Below the pieces are notes generated by a model. It was not told the origin of the DNA and made no database searches. It saw only the letters and a program-made list of their open reading frames with translations. Below, piece by piece: positions 1-5,442 of a stretch of DNA of 5,442 nucleotides (its first letter is position 1; each line of letters begins with the position of its first letter). Both the position numbers and the translations under genes were made by a program. Source of the stretch: a virus (lineage: Duplodnaviria; Heunggongvirae; Uroviricota; Caudoviricetes); the IMG/VR virus record IMGVR_UViG_3300029049_000104; one strand, 5' to 3'.

Positions 1-1575
1 TGGCATGAGGCGTTACTGATTGCTGTCGGGGAGGTCAATAAAGACCGTTCTCCTTATGCCAGTAAACATGCCATTCGTGATGTGCGTGCACGCCGCCAGG
101 CAAATCTGGAATTTCTTAAATCGTGTGACCTTGAAAATAAGGAAACCGGCGAGCGCATCGACCTTATCAGTAAGGTGATGGGCAGTATTTCTAATCCTGA
201 AATTCGCCGGATGGAGCTGATGAACACCATTGCCGGTATTGAGCGTTACGCCGCTGCAGAGGGTGATGTGGGGATGTTTATCACGCTGACCGCGCCGTCA
301 AAGTATCACCCGACACGTCAGGTCGGAAAAGGCGAAAGTAAAACCGTTCAGCTTAATCACGGCTGGAACGATGAGGCATTTAATCCAAAGGATGCGCAGC
401 GTTATCTCTGCCGTATCTGGAGCCTGATGCGCACGGCATTCAAGGATAATGATTTACAGGTCTACGGTTTGCGTGTCGTCGAGCCACACCACGACGGAAC
501 GCCGCACTGGCATATGATGCTTTTTTGTAATCCACGCCAGCGTAACCAGATTATCGAAATCATGCGTCGCTATGCGCTCAAAGAGGATGGCGACGAAAGA
601 GGAGCCGCGCGAAACCGTTTTCAGGCAAAACACCTTAATCGGGGCGGTGCTGCGGGGTATATCGCGAAATACATCTCAAAAAACATCGACGGCTATGCAC
701 TGGATGGTCAGCTCGATAACGATACCGGCAGACCGCTGAAAGATACTGCCGCGGCTGTTACCGCATGGGCGTCAACGTGGCGCATTCCGCAATTTAAAAC
801 GGTTGGCCTGCCGACAATGGGGGCTTACCGTGAACTACGCAAATTGCCTCGCGGCGTCAGCATTGCTGATGAGTTTGACGAGCGCGTCGAGGCTGCACGC
901 GCCGCCGCAGACAGTGGTGATTTTGCGTTGTATATCAGCGCGCAGGGTGGGGCAAATGTTCCGCGCGATTGTCAGACTGTCAGAGTCGCCCGTAGCCCGT
1001 CGGATGACGTTAACGAGTACGAGGAAGAGGTCGAGAGAGTGGTCGGCATTTACGCGCCGCATCTCGGCGCGCGTCATATTCATATCACCAGAACCACGGA
1101 CTGGCGCATTGTGCCGAAAGTTCCGGTCGTTGAGCCTTTGACTTTAAAAAGCGGCATCGCCGCGCCTCGGAGTCCTGTCAATAACTGTGGAAAGCTTGCC
1201 GACGGTGGCGATCCAGTTATGACACCTACGCCGTCTGAGCATGCCGCAGCGGTGCTAAATCTGGTTGATGGCGGTGTTATCGAATGGAATGACCCGGAGG
1301 TCGTGAGGACGCTCAGGGGCGCATTAAAACACGGGCTGAGAACGCCAAGTCGTCAGCAAAGAAACGGAAGCCCATTAAAACCGCATGAAATAGCGCCATC
1401 GGCCAGACTGACCCGGTCGGAACGAATGCAAATTACCCGTATCCGCGTTGACCTTGCTCAGAACGGTATCAGGCCTCAGCGATGGGAGCTTGAGGCGCTG
1501 GCGCGTGGCGCGACCGTAAATTACGACGGGAAAAAATTTAGGTATTTTATAGTTAATGAGTGGCCTATTTTCTAG
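1..1575 (+). CDS. A: Replication initiation endonuclease gpA (rolling-circle HUH initiator), 5'-truncated by the window edge; stop TAG at 1573..1575
   Basis: The frame of the 82..1575 ORF stays open back to base 1 (WHEALLIAVGEVNKDRSPYASKHAIRDVRA...), so the gene begins upstream of the window. HUH motif PHWHMMLF (HWH at 505..513). Paired catalytic tyrosines GYIAKYISKNIDGY (Tyr codons 658..660 and 670..672), the Y-x3-Y arrangement typical of phiX174/P2 A-type initiators. Confidence 0.9.
   Translation, partial: WHEALLIAVGEVNKDRSPYASKHAIRDVRARRQANLEFLKSCDLENKETGERIDLISKVMGSISNPEIRRMELMNTIAGIERYAAAEGDVGMFITLTAPSKYHPTRQVGKGESKTVQLNHGWNDEAFNPKDAQRYLCRIWSLMRTAFKDNDLQVYGLRVVEPHHDGTPHWHMMLFCNPRQRNQIIEIMRRYALKEDGDERGAARNRFQAKHLNRGGAAGYIAKYISKNIDGYALDGQLDNDTGRPLKDTAAAVTAWASTWRIPQFKTVGLPTMGAYRELRKLPRGVSIADEFDERVEAARAAADSGDFALYISAQGGANVPRDCQTVRVARSPSDDVNEYEEEVERVVGIYAPHLGARHIHITRTTDWRIVPKVPVVEPLTLKSGIAAPRSPVNNCGKLADGGDPVMTPTPSEHAAAVLNLVDGGVIEWNDPEVVRTLRGALKHGLRTPSRQQRNGSPLKPHEIAPSARLTRSERMQITRIRVDLAQNGIRPQRWELEALARGATVNYDGKKFRYFIVNEWPIF
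1162..1181 (+). other. Candidate replication origin / gpA nick region inside the A coding sequence (gcgcctcggagtcctgtcaa)
   Basis: In P2 and 186 the origin lies within the 3' part of gene A. This 20-mer matches what I recall of the conserved P2/186 ori nick region, but that recollection is not verified. Confidence 0.3.
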
Positions 1576-1618
1576 GCTACCATTAATGTCGGGTTTAGAT
1601 AATGCAATAATTTATTGG

Positions 1619-1654
1619 CAAGGTCTTCAGATTTAACTAAAGACCTTGTGTTTT
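1619..1654. terminator. Candidate bidirectional intrinsic terminator between convergent gene A (+) and the cargo gene (-)
   Basis: Perfect 9-bp inverted repeat caaggtctt (1619..1627) / aagaccttg (1640..1648) with a 12-nt loop, followed on + by tgttttaattgttttc. On the - strand the hairpin is followed by A/T-rich sequence. It lies 44 nt past the A stop and about 48 nt past the cargo gene stop (1696). Confidence 0.5.
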
Positions 1655-1695
1655 AATTGTTTTCTAGTCTTTTATATGAGCGTAAGTCTATGGGG

Positions 1696-2289
1696 TTACT
1701 GTGGTGGAGTCCATATTTTTAATGCGATATTTTTATATGTTTCCCCGCGTGCTGTAATAGCATTGGCGTTGAATTCAACATATTCTTCAAGATTGATATC
1801 GTTATTTGCAGATAAGAATCTTACCAGCTCAGGGTTGTTTTGATAAAAGTTTGCGCATAATGTCTGGCAAAGAACGTTTTCACCGCTATATACTGTTTTC
1901 TTTTCTGAGTACAACTTATCATTTAATGATCTGTTTCTTGAACGGGGAAGCAATATCAAACCACCAATCAAGTTTCTCTTCTGCTTGTATTCAGTGTCAG
2001 ATGAAAAACCGAAGGCTGATGAAGGCATGGTTGTATCATCAATTACTTCGCGAAGAACATGTTCTATATCAAAAGTTTTCATACCTTTGTCGCGTTGCAT
2101 ATAAACATCAAACCCTACTTTGTTTGTTAGGTTTATCTCGTTTTCAATGTAAGAGGCGATACGAGCCAGAATATAAAGCATATCTGATCTGGTTTTATTC
2201 TCGTACGCCATTTCTGGTATTCTATTAAGTAATGTATAATGCTTGTCCCATTCGTTTTGGACATAGCTTAACAATGCTGGATAATCTTT
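1696..2289 (-). CDS. C-terminal segment of the GmrSD-like cargo protein: DUF1524 / His-Me-finger (HNH-like) nuclease-type domain; stop TAA at 1696..1698. Probably the same gene as 2304..3628, split by the assembly gap
   Basis: The frame is open from the gap edge (KDYPALLSYVQNEWDK...), with no need for the TTG start the ORF track assigns at 2274. Motif DIEH (2059..2070) followed about 25 aa later by KRNLIGGLILLPRSRNRSLNDKLYSEKK, which fits the DUF1524 pattern EH ... GNLxLL ... N ... N. AT-rich codon usage matches the upstream segment. Confidence 0.75.
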   Translation of the reverse strand, partial: KDYPALLSYVQNEWDKHYTLLNRIPEMAYENKTRSDMLYILARIASYIENEINLTNKVGFDVYMQRDKGMKTFDIEHVLREVIDDTTMPSSAFGFSSDTEYKQKRNLIGGLILLPRSRNRSLNDKLYSEKKTVYSGENVLCQTLCANFYQNNPELVRFLSANNDINLEEYVEFNANAITARGETYKNIALKIWTPPQ

Positions 2290-2303
2290 NNNNNNNNNNN
2301 NNN
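2290..2303. other. Assembly gap or masked bases (14 N) inside the cargo gene
   Basis: A run of n characters is directly visible. Its length is not a multiple of 3, and the true gap length is unknown. Confidence 0.99.
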
Positions 2304-3628
2304 TCTTTAGCTAAGCTGAATGCAATATCTTTTAAATTGTCATAAGTGTTTGCTTTCTTCGATACGATTCGACTGGTGAGAATTAGATCAATATACTTAG
2401 ATATTATTTGGATTTTTTTCTTACGAACATCACGGGTATCTGATAAATCTACAGAAGATAGAATTATCATGGTTTGAAAGTTGAATTTTCTAATTCCATT
2501 ATAGAAAACGTCAGGGTAATCAGTAGTCAGATTTTTCTCAGCATTGGCAATTGTCAAGCATAAATTTGCATACTCGGGTATATCTGTTTTTGCAAAGTTA
2601 TAAAAATCATCGGAAGTAATCAGACCGATATCATGGGTTTTATCTTCAAACCACCGATGATAAGAATCATTGATTTTATCAAAATCACCAGGTGCATCGC
2701 CTTTATTTTTACCTCTAATAGTGTTTGCCCATTTAGCGCGTAATAAATTCCTGATAAATAGAGAATCTCCCTCTGGATCTTTGTCTCTAAGTTTAGACAT
2801 GGTTTTTACCCATACCTGATGGCATTCTTGACTATCTTCGGGGCTAGTGATTTTTGACAGAATAAAACCTTTTAATAGTTCAATTGCACCGAGTCTCAAG
2901 CCACGGTCATTCATTGTGACAAATACTCTATGCGCTTCTGACTCGCTTGAGACGGATATATCTATTAAAAGAACTTTTTCCATTAAATAATCAATAAAGA
3001 AAGAAACTTTTTCTTTTATTGTTGGATCCAAAGCATCCTCAATGGATTTCATTGCCTCAATTATTCTTTTATCGCTATCACTAAGATTAGTAATGCTATC
3101 TACATCATCTAGTGCGTCTGCAAGACATTTTGCGTTGTCAGTATATTTTGTGAATATTTCTTTTCTAACTTCGGAAAATTCAATATTGAAATCGCGTTCC
3201 CCATAAGAAACACTCCCAATAAAATTTTCTAAAGCCAAAGTGTCTGGAATGTGGTTATCCTTGATATATCTTTCAAAAAAAACAAGAAGAATAAATATAG
3301 ACGTGATTCGTTGTTGTCCATCAATCAACGGGCGCTTACCGTTGGTTTCAACCGCCGTAATGATAGAACCAAGAAAGTATGGAGGATAAGATGATACATC
3401 GCGTCTACCATGAGTAGACTCATAACTCAGTAAGAAAGCATTTTGAATGTCATTTAACATTTCAAGAAAATGCCTGCTTTCCCATTTATAATCCCTCTGA
3501 AAATATGGTAGTGAGTACTTGCTTTGAAAGCAGGTTTTTAAACTTAGAGTCGATGGGGTTATATACGCCATTAATACATCCTTTTGTCTGTAAAGAGCTT
3601 CTGTGAGAAGCGCATTATACTGCATCAA
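2304..3628 (-). CDS. N-terminal segment of the GmrSD-like cargo protein: DUF262 (ParB/Srx-like NTPase-type) domain plus a long central region. Start is TTG at 3626..3628 or, more likely, ATG at 3623..3625
   Basis: DUF262 hallmarks: YSLPYFQRDYKWE (QR codons at 3494..3499), PYFLGSIIT, LIDGQQRITS (DGQQR at 3308..3322), and FVTMNDRGLRLGAIELLKG. The frame is open into the gap. The 20 codons the ORF track adds after the gap (to 2225) are in an arbitrary frame and are not trusted. Confidence 0.8.
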
Positions 3629-3731
3629 GCTGCATTAGTTTTCTACATGTTAATTGATGTCTACAAAGTAGATTTGACAAGTTTTTGAGGTGGGCGTGCA
3701 CTTGCATTCAAACCGACCCATGAAGCGGGCG

Positions 3732-3750
3732 GGCGAGGCGGGGAAAGCAC
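3732..3750. other. P2-type cohesive end site (cos), 19-nt ggcgaggcggggaaagcac; the adjacent sequence up to about 3919 resembles the P2 left-end packaging region
   Basis: Exact match to the P2 19-nt cohesive-end sequence as I recall it. The following sequence (ctgcgcgctg.cggtggtgctgatt...tttttcagcgtct.agcgcgtcgtga...) is close to the start of the P2 genome. Its position between the A-side cargo and the end of Q is as expected. Confidence 0.8.
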
Positions 3751-3892
3751 TGCGCGCTGGCGGTGGTGCTGATTTTATTTTTTCAGCGTCTGAGCGCGTC
3801 GTGATGGCGTTTAGATTGTGCGCCGGGGTGTTGGTGTGTCTGCGGGATGTTTTGTGCGGTGGTGAGCGTGTGAGGGCGTGATGACGGGGTGT

Positions 3893-3914
3893 AAAAAAGC
3901 CGCCCGCAGGCGGC
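3893..3914 (-). terminator. Intrinsic terminator immediately downstream of Q on the - strand
   Basis: GC stem gccgcc (3899..3904) / ggcggc (3909..3914) with tetraloop cgca. On the - strand it reads GCCGCCTGCGGGCGGC followed by TTTTTTAC (3898..3891). It begins 5 nt after the Q stop codon. Confidence 0.6.
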
Positions 3915-3919
3915 GATGT

Positions 3920-4954
3920 TCAGCCGTTGTCAGTGTCCAGTGAGTAGTTTTTAAAGCGGATGACCTCCTGACCGAGCCAGCCGTTTATCTCGCGGATCCT
4001 GTCCTGTAACGGGATAAGCTCATTGCGGACAAAGACCTTTGCCACTTTCTCAATATCACCCAGCGACCCGACGTTCTCCGGCTTGCCGCCCATCAACTGA
4101 AAAGGGATGCGGTGCGCGTCCAGCAGGTCTGCGGCGCTGGCTTTTTTGATATTAAAAAAATCGTCCTTCGTTGCCACTTCACTGAGCGGGATAATTTTAA
4201 TGCCGTCGGCTTTTCCCTGTGGGGCGTAAAGAAACAGGTTTTTAAAGTTGTTGCGGCCTTTCGACTTAACCATGTTTTCGCGAAGCATTTCGATATCGTT
4301 GCGATCCTGCACGGCATCGGTGACGTACATGATATATCCGGCATGAGCGCCGTTTTCGTAATACTTGCGGCGGAACAGCGTGGCCGACTCATTCAGCCAG
4401 GCAGAGTTAAGGGCGCTGAGATATTCCGGCAGGCCGTACAGCTCCTGATTGATATCCGGCTCCAGCAGGTGAAACACGGAGCCGGGCGTGAAGGCTGTCG
4501 GCTCGTTGAAGGACGGCACCCACCAGTAAACATCCTCTTCCACACCACGGCGGGTATATTTTGCCGGTGAGGTTTCCAGTCTGATGACTTTACCGGTGGT
4601 GCTGTATCGCTTTTCCAGAAACGCATTACCGAACACCAGAAAATCCAGCACAAAGCGGCTGAAATCCTGCTGGGAAAGCCACGGATGCGGGATAAATGTC
4701 GAGGCCAGAATATTACGTTTGACGTAAATCGGTGAGCTGTGATGTACGGCAGCACGCAGGCTTTTTGCCAGACCGGTAAAGCTGACCGGTGGCTCATACC
4801 ATCTGCCGTTACTGATGCACTCGACGTAATCCAGAATGTCACGGCGGTCGAGTACCGGCACCGGCTCACCAAAGGTGAATGCCTCCATTTTCGGGGCGCT
4901 GGCGGTCATTTTTTTTGCCGCAGGTTGCGGTGTTTTCCCTTTTTTCTTGCTCAT
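3920..4954 (-). CDS. Q: Portal (capsid portal vertex) protein gpQ, complete, 344 aa
   Basis: A 344-aa ORF with lysine-rich N-terminus MSKKKGKTPQPAAKK... matching the size and sequence I recall for P2 gpQ. It lies immediately cos-proximal and downstream of P, as in P2. Confidence 0.93.
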   Translation of the reverse strand: MSKKKGKTPQPAAKKMTASAPKMEAFTFGEPVPVLDRRDILDYVECISNGRWYEPPVSFTGLAKSLRAAVHHSSPIYVKRNILASTFIPHPWLSQQDFSRFVLDFLVFGNAFLEKRYSTTGKVIRLETSPAKYTRRGVEEDVYWWVPSFNEPTAFTPGSVFHLLEPDINQELYGLPEYLSALNSAWLNESATLFRRKYYENGAHAGYIMYVTDAVQDRNDIEMLRENMVKSKGRNNFKNLFLYAPQGKADGIKIIPLSEVATKDDFFNIKKASAADLLDAHRIPFQLMGGKPENVGSLGDIEKVAKVFVRNELIPLQDRIREINGWLGQEVIRFKNYSLDTDNG

Positions 4955-5442
4955 CAGTAAAACTCCAGAATGGTGGATGTCAGCGGGGTGCTGATACCGG
5001 CGGTGAGTGGCTCATTTAACAGGGCGTGCATGGTCGCCCAGGCGAGGTCGGCGTGGCTGGCTTCCTCGCTGCGGCTGGCCTCATAGGTGGCGCTGCGTCC
5101 GCTGCTGGTCATGGTCTTGCGGATAGCCATAAACGAGCTGGTGATGTCGGTGGCGCTGACGTCATATTCCAGACAGCCACGGCGGATAACGTCTTTTGCC
5201 TTGAGCACCATTGCGGTTTTCATTTCCGGTGTGTAGCGGATATCGCGCGCGGCGGGATAGAACGAGCGAACGAGCTGGAACACGCCGACACCGAGGCCGG
5301 TGGCATCAATACCGATGTATTCGACGTTGTATTTTTCGGTGAGTTTGCGGATGGATTCCGCCTGAGTGGCAAAGTCCATGCCTTTCCACTGGTGACGCTC
5401 AAGTATTCTGAATTTGCCACCGGCCACCACCGGCGGTGCCAG
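4954..5442 (-). CDS. P: Terminase large (ATPase/nuclease) subunit gpP, C-terminal portion only; the gene continues beyond the window end
   Basis: The frame is open to the window edge (LAPP before the first in-window Met). Its stop TGA (4954..4956) overlaps the Q start ATG (4952..4954) as TGATG, so the two are translationally coupled. The position upstream of Q matches P2 gene order. The sequence matches my recollection of the gpP C-terminus but was not checked against a database. Confidence 0.85.
   Translation of the reverse strand: MAPPVVAGGKFRILERHQWKGMDFATQAESIRKLTEKYNVEYIGIDATGLGVGVFQLVRSFYPAARDIRYTPEMKTAMVLKAKDVIRRGCLEYDVSATDITSSFMAIRKTMTSSGRSATYEASRSEEASHADLAWATMHALLNEPLTAGISTPLTSTILEFY

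Larger units (their letters stand above)
1..5442. mobile_element. Segment of a P2-like (Peduovirus) prophage or phage genome: gene A, variable cargo hotspot, cos, Q, P
   Basis: Gene order and orientation match the P2 map (A rightward, cos, then Q and P leftward). The 19-nt P2 cohesive-end sequence occurs exactly at 3732..3750. The Q product is 344 aa, the size I recall for P2 gpQ. Higher-GC core genes flank an AT-rich insert. Confidence 0.85.

Noticed and set aside
803-1141. 112-aa + ORF and 82-aa - ORF (835..1083) nested in gene A
   Set aside because: These are alternative frames entirely inside the well-supported gpA coding sequence, and their products are Arg/Ser/Leu-rich, which is typical of out-of-frame artefacts.
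1646-2228. Two + strand ORFs (1646..1843, 65 aa; 1806..2228, 140 aa) antisense to the cargo gene C-terminal segment
   Set aside because: They are antisense to a CDS with strong motif support and their products are low-complexity and Cys/Phe/Leu-rich. A 140-aa open frame in AT-rich DNA is slightly unusual, but there is no RBS or domain evidence.
2225-2289. Last 20 codons of the 467-aa ORF after the gap (RLSSIVKLCPKRMGQALYIT)
   Set aside because: The frame relationship across the 14-N gap is arbitrary. The other frame (KDYPALLSYVQNEWDK...) continues into a recognisable nuclease domain, so this tail is most likely a frame artefact.
1696-3628. Possibility that the cargo gene is an Old-like (OLD family ATPase-TOPRIM) or Tin homologue, as in P2 itself
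   Set aside because: No Walker A motif (GxxxxGK[ST]) or TOPRIM-like signature is visible. The motifs present instead fit DUF262 and DUF1524.
3674-3680. TTGACA (+) / TTGTCA (-) hexamers as a -35 promoter element
   Set aside because: No acceptable -10 hexamer lies at 16-18 bp spacing on either strand, so a promoter cannot be called from sequence alone.
3690-3881. 63-aa + strand ORF (MGVHLHSNRPMKRAGEAG...)
   Set aside because: It overlaps the cos site and the conserved P2 packaging region. The sequence is GC-rich and repetitive non-coding DNA, and the ORF has no RBS context, so it is almost certainly spurious.
4901-4908. A8 homopolymer (coding strand) near the Q N-terminus as a possible programmed slippage site
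   Set aside because: It simply encodes the lysine-rich N-terminus (AAKKMTAS). No alternative-frame product is plausible and nothing suggests frameshifting.
4093-4960. Four ORFs nested in Q (4093..4392 -, 4112..4570 +, 4393..4872 -, 4739..4960 +)
   Set aside because: All are alternative-frame or antisense ORFs inside the portal gene, which is a normal artefact of GC-rich coding sequence.
5220-5420. 66-aa - strand ORF inside the P gene
   Set aside because: It is an alternative frame within the terminase coding region, with a Ser/Ala/Pro-rich product.
1-5442. CRISPR arrays, tRNA/rRNA genes, integrase or att sites
   Set aside because: No spaced direct repeats, tRNA-like cloverleaf regions or integrase-like ORFs were seen. 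The prophage attachment site and int lie outside this window in a P2-type genome.

Overview
This window reads as a P2-like (Peduovirus) prophage segment in the standard P2 map orientation: the 3' two-thirds of replication gene A (+), a roughly 2.1 kb AT-rich variable cargo region, the cohesive-end (cos) site, then portal gene Q and the 3' end of terminase gene P (both on the - strand). The cargo sits where phage P2 carries tin/old, a locus known to hold anti-phage morons. Here it encodes one large minus-strand protein with an N-terminal DUF262-like domain (QR and DGQQR motifs) and a C-terminal DUF1524/His-Me-finger-like domain (DIEH ... NLIGGLILL ... N), which is the GmrSD/BrxU-type architecture of modification-dependent (type IV) restriction enzymes. 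A 14-N assembly gap (2290..2303) interrupts this gene, so the ORF track splits it into two overlapping ORFs. The reading frame is open on both sides of the gap, so I interpret it as one gene of about 640-650 aa, with a two-gene GmrS/GmrD-like arrangement as the alternative. All calls rest on motif recognition and recalled family knowledge; no database search was run, so novelty cannot be asserted.
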